Positions 41,201 to 55,067 of a stretch of DNA of 64,000 nt are shown piece by piece (position 1 is the first letter of the stretch; each line of letters starts with the position of its first letter). Below the pieces are notes generated by a model, which was given only the letters and a program-made list of their open reading frames with translations, was not told the DNA's origin and did no database searches. The position numbers and the translations under genes are program-made. This stretch comes from Octopus sinensis (taxonomy: Eukaryota), in contig NC_043003.1 of the NCBI RefSeq assembly GCF_006345805.1, positions 111,724,001-111,788,000 on the forward strand, written 5' to 3'.

Positions 41201-44200
41201 GGTTAGCATAAATTTAACCTAGTAACATTGGCTTAGCATAAATTTAACCTGGTAACATTGGGTTAGCATAAATTTAACCTGGTAACATTGGGTTAGTATA
41301 AATTTAACCTGGTAAACATGGGTTAGCATAAATTTAACCTGGAAACATTGGGTTAGCATAAATTTAATCTGGTAACATAGGGTTAGTTTAATTTAACCTG
41401 GAAACATTGGGTTAGCATAAATTTAATCTGGAAACATGGGGGTTAGCATAAATTTAACCTGGAAACATTGGGTTAGTTAATTTAATCTGGTAACATAGGG
41501 TTAGTTACATTTAACCTGGAAACATTGGGTTAGCATAAATTTAATCTGGACATTGGGTTAGCATAAATGTAACCTTAACATTGGGTTAGTATAAATTTAA
41601 TCTGGAACATGGGTTAGCATAAATTTAACCTGGTAACATTGGGTTAGCATAAATTTATCTGGAAACATTGGGTTAGCATAATTTAACCTGGTAACATTGG
41701 GTTGTATAAATTTAACTGGAAACATTGGGTTAGTATAAATTTAACCTGGTAACATTGAGTTAGTATAAATTTAACCTGGAAAATTGGGTTAGCATAAATT
41801 TAACCTGGTAACATAGGGTTAGTTTAAATTTAATCTGGAAACATTGGGTTAGCATAATTTAACCTGGTGACATTGGGTTAGTATAAATTAACCTGGGAAA
41901 CATTGGGTTAGTATAAATTTAACCTGGTAACATTGGTTTAGTATAAATTTCCTGGTAAAATTGGGTTAGCATAAATTTAACCTGGTAACATTGGGTTAGC
42001 ATAAATTTAACCTGGTAACATTGGGTTAGTATAAATTTAATCCGGAAACATTGGGTTAGTATAAATTTAATCTGGAAACATTGGGTTAGCATAAATTTAA
42101 TCTGGAAACATTGTGTTAGCATAAATTTAACCTGGTAACATTGGGTTAGTATAACTTTAATCTGGAAACATTGGGTTAGTATAGATTTAACCTGGTAACA
42201 TTGGGTTAGTATAAATTTAATCTGGAAACATTGGGTTAGTATAAATTTAATCTGGAAACATTGGGTTAGCATAAATTTAATCTGGAAACATTGGGTTAGT
42301 ATAAATTTAACCTGGTAACATTGGGTTAGCATAAATTTAATCTGGAAACATTGGGTTAGTATAAATTTAATCTGGAAACATTGGGTTAGCATAAATTTAA
42401 TTTGGAAACATTGGGTTAGCATAGATTTAACCTGGTAACATTGGGTTAGTATAAATTTAATCTGGAAACATTGGGTTAGTATAGATTTAACCTTGTAACA
42501 TTGGGTTAGTATAAATTTAATCTGGAAACATTGGGTTAGTATAAATTTAACCTGGTAACATTGGGTTAGTATAAATTTAATATGGAAACATTGGGTTAGC
42601 ATAAATTTAACCTGGTAACATTGGGTTAGTATAAATCTAATCTGGAAACATTGGGTTAGTATAGATTTAACCTGGTAACATTGGGTTAGTATAAATTTAA
42701 TCTGGAAACATTGGGTTAGTATAAATTTAACCTGGTAACATTTGGTTAGTAAAGATTTAATCTGGTAACATTGGGTTAGTATAAATTTAATCTGGAAACA
42801 TTGGGTTAGTATAGATTTAACCTGGTAACATTGGGTAGGGTATACATTTAATCTGGAAACATTGGGTTAGTATAAATTTAATCTGGAAACATTGGGTTAG
42901 CATAAATTTAATCTGGAAACATTGGGTTAGTATAAATTTAACCTGTTAACATTGGGTTAGTATAAATTTAATCTGGAAACATTGGGTTAGTATAAATTTA
43001 ATCTGGAAACATTGGGTTAGCTTAAATTTAATCTGGAAACATTGGGTTAGCATAAATTTAACCTGGTAACATTGGGTTAGCATAAATTTAATGTGTAAAC
43101 ATTGGGTTAGCATAAATTTAACCTGGTAACATTGGGTTAGCATAAATTTAATCTGGAAACATTGGGTTAGTATAAATTTAATCTGGAAACATTGGGTTAG
43201 CATAAATTTAATCTGGAAACATTGGGTTAGCATAGATTTAACCTGGTAACATTGGGTTAGTATAAATTTAATCTGGAAACATTGGGTTAGTATAGATTTA
43301 ACCTGGTAACATTGGGTTAGTATAAATTTAATCTGGAAGCATTGGGTTAGTATAAATTTAACCTGGTAACATTGGGTTAGTATAAATTTAATCTGGAAAC
43401 ATTGGATTAGCATAAATTTAACCTGGTAACATTGGGTTAGTATAAATTTAATCTGGAAACATTGGGTTAGTATAGATTTAACCTGGTAACATTGGGTTAG
43501 TATAAATTTAATCTGGAAACATTGGGTTAGTATAAATTTAACCTGGTAACATTGGGTTAGTATAAATTTAATCTGGAAACATTGGGTTAGCATAAATTTA
43601 ACCTGGTAACATTGGGTTAGTATAAATTTAATCTGGAAACATTGGGTTAGTATAGATTTAACCTGGTAACATTGGGTTAGTATAAATTTAATCTGGAAAC
43701 ATTGGGTTAGTATAAATTTAACCTGGTAACATTGGGTTAGTATAAATTTAATCTGGAAACATTGGGTTAGTATAGATTTAACCTGGTAACATTGGGTTAG
43801 TATAAATTTAATCTGGAAACATTGGTTAGTATAGATTTAACCTGGTAACATTGGGTTAGTATAAATTAATCTGGAAACATTGGGTTAGTATAAATTTAAC
43901 CTGGTAACATTGGGTTAGTATAAATTTAATCTGGAAACATTGGGTTAGCATAAATTTAACCTGGTAACATTGGGTTAGTATAAATTTAATCTGGAAACAT
44001 TGGGTTAGTATAGATTTAACCTGGTAACATTGGGTTAGTATAAATTTAATCTGGAAACATTGGGTTAGTATAAATTTAACCTGGTAACATTGGGTTAGTA
44101 TAAATTTAATCTGGAAACATTGGGTTAGTATAGATTTAACCTGGTAACATTGGGTTAGTATAAATTTAATCTGGAAACATTGGGTTAGTATAGATTTAAC

Positions 44201-44945
44201 CTGGTAACATTGGGTAGGGTATACATTTAATCTGGAAACATTGGGTTAGTATAAATTTAATCTGGAAACATTGGGTTAGCATAAATTTAATCTGGAAACA
44301 TTGGGTTAGCATAAATTTAACCTGGTAACATTGGTTTAGTATAAATTTAATCTGGAAACATTGGGTTAGTATAAATTTAATCTGGAAACATTGGGTTAGC
44401 ATAAATTTAATCTGGAAACATTGTGTTAGCATAAATTTAACCTGGTAACATTGGGTTAGTATAAATTTAATCTGGAAACATTGGGTTAGTATAGATTAAC
44501 CTGGTAACATTGGGTTAGTATAAATTTAACCTGGTGGCATTGGGTTAGCATAAATTTAACCTGGTAACATTGGGTTAGCATAAATTTATCCTGGTTACAT
44601 TGGTTTAGCATAAATTTAACCTGGTAACATTGGGTTAGCATAAATTTAACCTTGTAACATTGGGTTAGTATAAATTTAACCTGGTAACATTGGGTTAGCA
44701 TAAATTTAACCTGGTAAAATTGGGTTAGCATAAATTTAACCTGGTAACATAGGGTTAGTTTAAATTTAACCTGGAAACATTGGGTTAGCATAAATTTAAC
44801 CTGGTGACATTGGGTTAGCATAAACTTAACCTTGTAACATTGGGTTAGTATAAATTTAACCTGGTAACTTGGGTTAGCATAAATTTTTCCTGGTAAAATT
44901 GGGTTAGCATAAATTCAACCTGGTAACATTGGGTTAGGATAATTT
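38202..44945. repeat. 30-bp tandem satellite/minisatellite, ~225 copies
   Basis: Consensus (t/a)aacattgggttag(t/c)ata(a/g)atttaa(c/t)ctgg. The register is preserved across 60-base lines for long stretches. Confidence 0.99.
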
Positions 44946-45836
44946 TTCGGATATATTAGCTTTACTGATATTCTGTACCTTTTATGCTATACTTAAAAAT
45001 GCTAGCTCAATAGAAACGATCGTCGGTAACGTATGGTACAAGCATCTATTAAAATGTCATTTCTCCATTCTGTTTCATGGTGTCATATGCTCATGATTTC
45101 TTGAAATTTTTCTGTGCGATATTTGGATCTACTTATCATACACAAGACAGTACACGGACGCTAATTTTATTTGACTTCCTTGCTAACTTATTGCTTGATA
45201 GAGTTAACCAAGGTCGGTTGACACTGAGTGATTTAGTGTTGCCTGGATTTATTAATCACTTTTTGCAGTGAATATGTTTACTCAACCACTCGATAATCTA
45301 AGGATTTCGGCAATTTCGCAGACTTCTTCGTGTAATAATTTCAGTGTGGAATATATTATGTTTAAATGTTTTTCATTAATACGTAAGCTACATATTATAC
45401 GATACAATTGAATATTGAAAATCAATGCAAATAAAGTAAGTTAGTACATCATATCACCAGAATATTATGGTTAATGGAAAACAAAACTTACATGCATACT
45501 TGTTTATCTACTTTGTATTTGATTTCTTTCTATTCATTGTCAACAAACACTGAAACAGCTAAAGGAAAATGTAAAACTCATCATTGGAAGGGACTGATAA
45601 AATCAGTAAAATCTTCCTAAACAACTGAGGCCCGAATATATCATTCACTCACCTCTTGCAAAATACCTCATAGATAAAACAAAATTTCCAGATAATGAGG
45701 TGAGCAAAGTCATAGTAATGCTAAAACTAGATTCAACAGACTCAATATGAGGTACTAACCTAATATAAAGAATGAATATAAGAATGAATATAAGAAAAAC
45801 ACTCCCTAGCAAAGCGATTATATCCACAGTCTAATT

Positions 45837-46036
45837 AAGGCAGCGACCCGGCAGAATCGCTAGCACGCTGGGCAAAATGCCGGGCGGTGTTTTGTCCGTC
45901 TTTATGATCTGAGTTGAAATTCTGCAGGGGTCGACTTAACATTTCCATCACTTCCGAGCCAATGAAGTAAGTACTAGTTGAACATTGGGGTCAATTTTCT
46001 AGAACTTGCTGACCATGTGCCAAAATTTGGTACCAT
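45837..46036 (+). mobile_element. tRNA-derived SINE family B
   Basis: aaggcagcgacccggcagaatcgctagcacgctgggcaaaatg...tgagttgaaattc...gtgccaaaatttgg; reverse match to the 62400 and 60486 copies. Confidence 0.8.
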
Positions 46037-46059
46037 TATTATTAATGTTATTATTATAT

Positions 46060-46320
46060 ATATATTTTTAAAGAAGCTTATTTTGCTGGGTATGATGGAA
46101 AGTGTCTGCTCTCCACAGCCAGCAGACTAAGGTGAAACTTGATTACTGGTCATGCTTCGAGAACCCTGCGAAGAATTCTTGCAGTTCCTAGAAATGCTGA
46201 TTTTTGTAGGTGTTCTACGTTCACACTTACACCAATCTTTTTCAGCCACGCTGGTAGCTGAGTGCTGATACTTCCAAGTGCACTAGCTACTATTGGTATC
46301 GCGCCTGGTCTATTCATTGA
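46060..46320 (-). mobile_element. 3'-terminal fragment of an R4/Dong-like LINE
   Basis: Minus strand IPIVASALGSIS...EHLQKSAFLGTARILRRVL, the same C-terminal motif as ORF 47827-48375. Confidence 0.7.
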
Positions 46321-46464
46321 CCCCCTTCGTATTTACCACATCAAATCGTCATTGTTTTTTTAGTTTTTTCTTCTTTTATATTTATCCTGCTGTCAAAGGG
46401 AAATGCTTTGTCATGATCCTGTTTTCACCGAGGCATACTATTTCGTTTATTATTATAATCATAA

Positions 46465-46744
<280 letters not shown>

Positions 46745-47635
46745 GTGTGAGTGGGACACTTAGGATAAGAAAAATCATTATGAAAAGAATGTGCGGCCGA
46801 GCAATCTACCACTTGTTGATACTGAGAAAATTTATCTGCCTCTTTTGCATATTAAGTTTGGGTTGATAGAACTGGCATGGGATTCACGTATTTCAAAAAT
46901 AAATTTCCAAGAGTGAGGCAAAATTCAAGAAAGGTTATTTTTGTTTTGTTGGGCTACAGATTAGGGAGCTGGTGACAGCCCAAAAGTGTGATGAAGAGCT
47001 CAGTGATGTTGAAAAAGTTGTGTGGCCGTCATTTAAGAATGCTTGCAAATAGTTTGGAGGAAATCACAGAGCAGGAAACTATTCTGACATTTTGAAAGAG
47101 CTACGGACATCATAAAAGGTCTTGGAATGCGATATGAGCCTAATTCATTCCTTGAACTTTCACTTGGACTTTTCTCTGCAAATATTGTGGCTGTAAATGA
47201 CAAATGCGGTGAGAAGTTACACAAGGACATTCTGAACCTGGAAACCCGGTGCCAAGGAAGGTGGAGCTATTTTACGTTGGCTAATTATTGTTCGTCACAA
47301 AACGGGACGTTTCCGACTCTCAATACAATCGAAAATCATACGTTTCTACTTCTTAAAGGTATGTTACCACAGACTAAGAAATACACTTGAATTCTGCTGA
47401 TAAAATGCTATTAGCTTCACATATTTTTATTTCAGGGAAAGGATTTTTCATTAATTCTATTGACCAGCTATGATTATAGTACTCTTATTGTAAAATCTTA
47501 TTAATATGTCACATAAAAAACCCTGCCTGATAGAAAACTTCTAAAAACCGATTTGGAATCCGCATTAAAACTACTACAACATTCACTCTCTTTAGTTCAT
47601 GGGACAGCCACAGTTTCCAATTTTGTTGAACAGTG
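46745..47635 (+). mobile_element. 3' part of a Chapaev3-like (CMC) DNA transposon
   Basis: PLVDTEKIYLPLLHIKFGL (cf. LPPLHIKLGL), FVGLQIREL, AVNDKCGEKLHKDILNLETRCQGRWSYFTLANYC (cf. AVSDEHGERFHQDI..ME.RYQG.W...LADYCW). The element ends in ttttgttgaacagtg, a CAC...GTG-type terminus. Confidence 0.75.
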
Positions 47636-47636
47636 A

Positions 47637-47667
<31 letters not shown>

Positions 47668-48380
47668 TTTTTTCTTCTTTCAAATTTGCTTCCATTTCTT
47701 GCCGAGTGTCTTCCCGACTCCTAGGGCAAAGAAACTCATAGTATACATTGGTAGGCCATTAAACCAAACTCAATAGTTCGTTCATTTTTTTTAAGTTAAA
47801 TTAAAATACATGAGCTGCAACAGTTCTCACATCGACAATGCTCTTCTCAATACGTGTGATGTACCAGTTAAGACAATCTTTTGCACTCCTTGCAGGGATG
47901 GTAAGCCAGGGATCATTCTCATATAATTTTCGGTTCCCTTCTTGATCATTCCTAGTGCTCCTACGATCACTGGTATTGTAACCGCCTTGAGATGCCACAT
48001 TTTCTCAATTTCAATGAGTAGGTCTTTATATTTTCTGAGCTTGTCAAACTCTTTCGCTGAGATATTATGATCACAGAGGATGCTCATGTCGATCAATAAG
48101 AAAACTTTATTGTTTTGGTCTTTCACAACAATATCTGGTTTATTGGCCTTGATGGTTCGGTCTGTATGTACTGGAAAGTCCCACAGGATAGTTACATTTT
48201 CTCCTTCAGTTACAGCCTCAGGGTGGTGATTATACCACTTGTCGGCAGTTTTGATATTGTAATGCCGACTTATTAGCCAGTGTAGATATTGGCCAACTCT
48301 GTCATGTCTTAATTTATACTTCACTGGTGCTAAGACTTTACATCCAGAGATTAGGTGGTCCACTGTTTCAATCATGCCGT
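47668..48380 (-). mobile_element. 5'-truncated R4/Dong-like LINE flanked by (TAA)n
   Basis: Contains the open endonuclease ORF below plus a 3' UTR; (TTA)n on both sides on the + strand. Confidence 0.92.
47827..48375 (-). CDS. Restriction-like (PD-D/ExK) endonuclease domain of an R4/Dong-like LINE (open 182-aa fragment, not a standalone gene)
   Basis: ETVDHLISGC (end of CCHC), RHDRVGQYLHW, NKPDIVV, LIDMSI, KLRKYKDL and IPVIVGALG. Confidence 0.85.
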   Translation of the reverse strand: MIETVDHLISGCKVLAPVKYKLRHDRVGQYLHWLISRHYNIKTADKWYNHHPEAVTEGENVTILWDFPVHTDRTIKANKPDIVVKDQNNKVFLLIDMSILCDHNISAKEFDKLRKYKDLLIEIEKMWHLKAVTIPVIVGALGMIKKGTENYMRMIPGLPSLQGVQKIVLTGTSHVLRRALSM

Positions 48381-48404
48381 TATTATTATTATTATTATTA
48401 TTAT

Positions 48405-49345
48405 TCAGTAGTTTTATTTTTATAGCGTGCTGTCACTTCACTACCGAGCGCAGCTCTGTGTGCCTTGGGTATGTGTTGTGATTTGTTGTGATGTTCTGAT
48501 GGTTATTGTATGGAAAGTGTTCTGCGTAGGATGTGTGCAGTGCCTAGTAGTGCAATTTTCTGTATGTTATATGTGTTTGTAAGTCCTGGTGTTTTTGTTA
48601 TGTATTTGTCTGAATATTTTTTATCATGCCTAATGTACTTACTATGATAGGGATTGTTTCTGTTTTCAGATTCCACATTCTGGTTACCTCTATTTCCAGG
48701 TCTTTGTATTTTGAGAGTTTCTCTATTTCTTTTAGAGACACGTTGTCATCTGCCGGTATTGATACATTAATTAGAAAGCATTTTTTTTCTTCATGATCTC
48801 TGACAACTATATCTGGCCTGTTGGCCTTAATTTATCTATCTGTGTGTATCGGCATATCCCTGAGTATGGTCGCTTTCTCGTTTTCTTTGACCTTTTCTGG
48901 TGTGTGCCTATACCATCTTTTTTCTGTTGTTATTCCATAATGTTGGCATAGCTTCCAATGTATGTAGGTTCCAACTTTGTCATGTCTGTGAATATATTCC
49001 TTCTTAGCCAGGGCTGAGCAGCTAGAGATAATATGATTTATTGTTTCTTGTCCATCTCCACATATTCTGCAGTTACTTGTTATATTTCTTTTCATTACAT
49101 GTCTTTGGTAATTTCTGGTGGGGAGGCTTTGGTCTTGTGCTGCAATTAAAAATCCCTCTGTTTCTGCTTTGAGTCCTGAGCTTCTCAACCATTGCTGGGA
49201 TTTTTCTTTGTCTATTTCTTTTCCGTTTATAGTCCAGTATTTACCATGAAGGGGCTTTTCTTGCCATCGTTTTATCATGGTTCGTTGCTGTTCTATTTTT
49301 AGGTTGGATTTCATTTGTTTTATAGCTTTTGTTGTTTCTTCATCA
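48405..49345 (-). mobile_element. Second 5'-truncated R4/Dong-like LINE flanked by (TAA)n
   Basis: ORF 48832-49527 has WQEKPLHGKY, ETEGFLIAAQDQSLPTRNY, CRICGDGQETINHIISSC and RHDKVGTYIHW. It continues past a stop through NRPDIV to the 3' UTR. Confidence 0.92.
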
Positions 49346-49421
<76 letters not shown>

Positions 49422-50379
49422 CATTATTATTATTGAAACGAGGAGGCAGAATGTTTGCAAATATGATTCCATTAAAATTTGAACATAGATGAACGGAATA
49501 CATACAATATTTCTTTGAGTAACTCACTGTATATTATTTCCTAAGACAATAACTTTCTGCCGTCACTTAGTAATGAGACAATTTGTTTATTTTTATTCTA
49601 TTAGGAGAATACAGTTAAAAACCAGGTAGAAAAAGAAGTAATTAGCTAAGAGAAATGGTATATCCCCATCCCTTGGAGCAATAATGATTTTCATGGACGA
49701 ACGTATAATTTGGAGAAAATTAAATTATAACTTGCTAATAAACGAATAAAATAGAGTTAAATTCAATGACATTTTAACTTACATTTAATGCCAAGTGTTT
49801 TGCATCATTCAGTTAAACGAAAAGTATTTTAACTTATAAACCAAGACATAAGCAAATACACAGTGTTCTTTCAATATTGCTTTAAGCATAATGACATGTA
49901 TTTTTATAATGTTTTTGTAACAATTTCCAGTTGTTGTGTGAAATTACCCATCACAAACATGATGTAAAATGACAATATATGTATGCTTGGGGAATGAAAC
50001 AAAATTAACTATTTTTCGAACTTTGCACACAACAGTTTCAGTTAACATGTAGATAAAAAGAAAATTACCTTATCTCACTCAAAATCTCCCTTGACACAAG
50101 AAATATTGAAACAAATAATTATTTTTAAGTGGCAGTTGAAACAGGGTGCTCGATAATTTTGCATAACGTGTTATTGCGTAATAAATGTAAACAACATGAG
50201 AGAGGGAGAGAAAAATCCAGCAAATATCAAAATAAGTTATACCTCTTAAGGATGTTTATTTGAATATAGATGCTTCGTGATTACTTTTTCAATGTGTTTT
50301 CATCAAATTCGCTCTGATAGTTCTCGTTTGTTACATACAAATATGAATCGCTCAAAAATAAGAACCAAATGACTTTTGG

Positions 50380-50680
50380 ACGTTGCGTCCATTTTAGACG
50401 ACGCCTTCCCATTTGAGCCGTTTCAAATTGATAATTAGTAACATTTAACGACAAAATTTACTGGGCATTAAACGATGTTTATGAGAATTTATTGCATTCT
50501 GGGCCAAGGTGTTTTGGCTAACACGGTAATGACAAATATTAGCTCAATGACCGGTCTCTGGTTCATTAGAATACTTAGAATTTTTACAGAATTAAGGATT
50601 GGAAGGAACTTCTCGTTCACAACAATTTTTTAGCAGTCTTATTCTACTTAGGACCACATCGCAAAATAAGATTCGCATGA
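50380..50680 (+). mobile_element. Possible highly degraded mariner (DD37D-like) fragment
   Basis: AFWAKVFW-like segment (~50495) resembles the FWxKxxWPP motif; weak. Confidence 0.25.
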
Positions 50681-51948
50681 GTTAATAGGATATCTAGACT
50701 TTTCTTTAAAGAAATGAGAAGTTTTTTTGAGAAGCAGAATATTATATAAAGATATGGAGTGAGTGGAAAGAGGTGATGATGAAATAGTAAATAATAGATT
50801 AAGAATCGAAGTAATTAAGAGGAAACAGAGAAAACTTAGTCATCATCAGTATAAGTACTTAACTAAATGTACGTGAACGTCTATTTAAATTAATATTGAG
50901 GAAGATATCTCGTATCGTAAAAAATATAATGAATCAATTATCAACATCTTTAATATAAGCTATTCATTTAATTATGTTCGATACGGTCCATGAGCACAAG
51001 TATTTCTCATTTAAATGTTATTCCTCATACCTCTTAACACAATGTTTTCGTCTCTTATTTTTTCTCTCACTTTTGTTATTCTTGTCTTTCGTTTCAATGT
51101 AAAAAGAACACGTTCGCTATAACAACATTTAACAGTTTGTCCCGTTTCGTTTATCTAAATTGTGTGGGACATTAATTGTTGCTTCTTTTCGGTGCAGTCG
51201 TAGTCATATTGAATTTGTTTCTTTGTAAATTCTTCCATATATTTTCGTATATGCGTATTTTATTATACCTCACATGCTATGTTCTACGCCTAGTTGTTCG
51301 AAGCCTTTTCTTCAACACAGTAATTCCAGGTAACATTTATTTTAAAGCGACCGTTCCAGTAACCTAATGTGGCGGAATAGTCATGACGAGCAGCTAACTG
51401 CAAAAGAGGGAGATTGGTATCAATGTGTGTGCTTTTCCGTGCACCATTAGTTTGAGTAACCTGATCATAAAGATTCTCCTTATGTAAATAGTATCCATAT
51501 AAATACTGAAGGGCAGAAATCACGTGATCTAATAGTCTCTATCGGAAGTTCTCTCATGGCAACGATCGAAGTATTATGTGTGCTAACACAACCTCCACTT
51601 TCAAGTGACGTCTTCGACGCGCTTTCCAGGCTGTTTTGTGTTTTGTCAGCGCATATGCAAAAATCTCCTCACAATTTTGTCCATTTGCATATACTCTTGC
51701 ACACATGCATTGTCATTCGAAGCACACATTTATGGAAATGTTGCCTTGACTAACTAATTCCCCATTAAGATATCATGAATTTTAAATTACATTTCATTTT
51801 CTCACTATTCTTTCGTAGTGTGTTAGTCACTGCCTTTCATTAATTATTGGCTTCTTTCTTCAGTTATTCCCCTTTACCAAATGCCTAAAACTTTCTGTTA
51901 TATCTACATTTACCTTTACATCGTTTGTATGTTTGTACCATTTTCTTT

Positions 51949-51979
<31 letters not shown>

Positions 51980-52151
51980 TTTGCATATTTCTGTTACAAA
52001 AAATAATCATGAATTATCAAGCGTTTATTTGAGGTGTTTTTAATAATCTTGGACTTTTCCAATGACCTTTGCCTTGAAATATCCTCTGGAATACATGATC
52101 TCTGTATATAAATACATATATACATAAATACATACATACATACATGTATAT

Positions 52152-52209
<58 letters not shown>

Positions 52210-52223
52210 CATTCATACATGTG

Positions 52224-52255
<32 letters not shown>

Positions 52256-52993
52256 ATATATATTATATATATATATATATAAATATACATACATATATGT
52301 GTGTGAGCTGGCGCGGGCGCGTTTGTATGTGTATGTACACGTGCGCGTGGGTTACAGATGTGTGCATGTATATGTGCACGTGTACAGATAGATAGATACA
52401 TAGTACTAATATAAACAAATCAAATTTTTGGTAAATATTCTTCATTGTACCGGTCACGTGACACTTAGCCTTCCATTTCCATACATTCCATTTCTTAAAT
52501 ATCGTGTAGCTTTCAGTTATTACGAGTTCTCTTCCTTGGATCCTCATACAAGATGCTAGAAATAGAAGCCACATTTCTGTCAAATCATAATACGTCATAT
52601 GCAGGGCAGTAGATACGCAAAGGCAGATGATAAGGTGTTCGTGCTGAATGTTAGAAATATCGGCACCTGATATCTATATGACTGAAAACGTATAGAGAAC
52701 CGTTAAAACATTTTCGGTTTGCAAGCAAAAAGATTAGCAAGTAAATTGGAGTATTTCATGTGACGACATTTACATAAAAATGATGTTTGAATGAATCTAA
52801 GTTACGGTATATGTAGTAGAGAATGTATGGAACGTTGTTGCACTGCCGTTCAGGCTTCGTTTATTTCGTGTCTGTAATTCGAATCTGACCTATTTGACAT
52901 CAGACATTTTTATGTTTCTCTCTTTCTCGCCTCCTCTCTTTCTGTAGCTGTCTTTCACCATCGATCCATCCATCTATCTATCTTCCTATCTTC

Positions 52994-53058
<65 letters not shown>

Positions 53059-53545
53059 AAGTTATCACTCTGCCCCTCCCTCCTCTCTCTGTATAAGTAT
53101 ATTTCCCTTTATTAGTATTAGGTGAGGGAAAGCGCGATGTGTGGGTCTAGGTGTGTGTGTGTGCGTTTGTGTGTTTGCGTTTGTGTGCCGCGCGGGCCAA
53201 GATGTATTCTCACCAAAACTGATCCAACATCAAATCTGCTACGCAAAATTTTCAGCGTCGAAACAGCGTCAGTGTCCGATTGTTTCATTCTGTAATAGAT
53301 ATAAATGAAATTGAATAAATATAGAATATTGTTTTTTTTATGGAGTTCTTTTTCAATTTGCCTTTATAGATGATAATCAGTAGCCATATTTATCGATTGT
53401 TTTCATTACCTCCCAGCTTGTTTTTACTTATATATTACATGTAATATATATACGCATGTTCCTATATACTTAATACTCAACACGCACCTCTACTGACTTA
53501 GATACTTGCAACGTTACATATGTTTCAGAGGCATAACAATTCGAC

Positions 53546-55067
53546 GCATACTTTTTACAAGTAGAAAATGTTGATGATTAGATCCACTTCTATTTTATAC
53601 TATGTACTACGTATGTGCTTATTTAGCCTCACTACAGTCATGATCGAGAGAAAATTCACCAAACGTTTTAAAACAGTTAGAAATACGGTTTAATAAAATT
53701 CGGTTAATTTTATTAGACTTTCCTCCATACACATTGGAGAATCCTATCTTAAATAGTCATACCACAACGATAATACACCTTCGTTCATACATCTTTAGAT
53801 CCATAGGTAACTTGGAGTTCCATGTATTACGTTTGGCTTATATTTCAGCACGTAACCTTTCTGCAAAAAATACATCACGCCTCCAAGTGTGCATTTGGAA
53901 TAATTCGTCTTTCAAAGCCTTATATCTGGACTACCAGATTCCATGCATAGAACAGTTTCCTACTATTGTTTGTTGTCTTAGCGCTTCTATATACAAACCA
54001 ACTGATTAAAACATATATTGGTTGTACTGAGAGTCGAATTCATCATTACCTTTCTACATTCTGCTACTTTGCTGCTTTACAGGGATTTGAAATTTATGAA
54101 CAGCGGAGTCCCAGTTACCATACTAAATAATCAATGCAACTTCACGGAACATCAGTTCACTTCTAGCTACATTCGATAACTGTGCGCATCACCATTTGTG
54201 GTATTACAGAGATTTTCTCGTAACAGTTTCAAGAATTCGGACACGTAATTTAAAAACTCACTACCATATTTTCACAGAGAAATATTTCGGTCGCTATTGA
54301 AAAAGCACAGTATAAAGTTGCTGCCGGCAGAAATGATATTACATGAACTACAAACATAAGGTATCGTTGGAAAGATCAATCATGTTCGTCGTACTTTACT
54401 AACTACACATTAAAAGGTACTTAAAGAGCAAGATGAAAGAATGTATCAGGTTGTTTGAAGAGAAAGAAACTGTGAACTTTAAGAACTTATACAACTAAGG
54501 AAAAAAATCATAATACACAGAACTATGATTATTTGAAGCAGGAAGCAAACTATGCCTCCTAGTTTGTCATAAGGTCAGACAAGAACAGTTTCAAAAGGTA
54601 GAATTCAACTCCACTGTGTGAGAAAGATGAGGAATTTTCTAATTTGGAGACTTTCCATGAATGAAGATATTAATTTCAAAGAGCGACAACTGAAAAGTTT
54701 ATATTATGTTATATCATGAATAGGTGCTTCTAACAATCATTTCACATCCAGCTGTTTTAAATTTCAACCATTCATAATGCTGTCAAAACATTAAATATAT
54801 ACACACATATATACTGCGACTCAAAAATGTGAAGACAGCAGGCATGAAACGATCGTAGTGTGATATTAATTATATTTTTTAATAATTTTGTTACATATTT
54901 AAATAATATAAATTAATCATATGTATTGGCTTAAGTCTTCCATTGTTTGATTTGCCTAATAGTGGTTTTGTCTCTAATTTAATATAATATAATATTGTAC
55001 TATAAAATTGGATTCAATCTGATTTTTCCCTGTAAGTTTGGATTTATTCCCTAATATTTATTATATG
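53546..55067 (+). mobile_element. Degraded Penelope-like fragment with hammerhead remnant in its 3' repeat
   Basis: YLDY (~53922) and thumb-like remnants (~54040-54150). gtgaagacagcaggcatgaaacgatcgtagtg at ~54829 is hammerhead-like. Bracketed by a 78-bp direct repeat. Confidence 0.5.

Noticed and set aside
38202-44945. CRISPR array
   Set aside because: Units are contiguous with no unique spacers, there are no cas genes and the context is eukaryotic.
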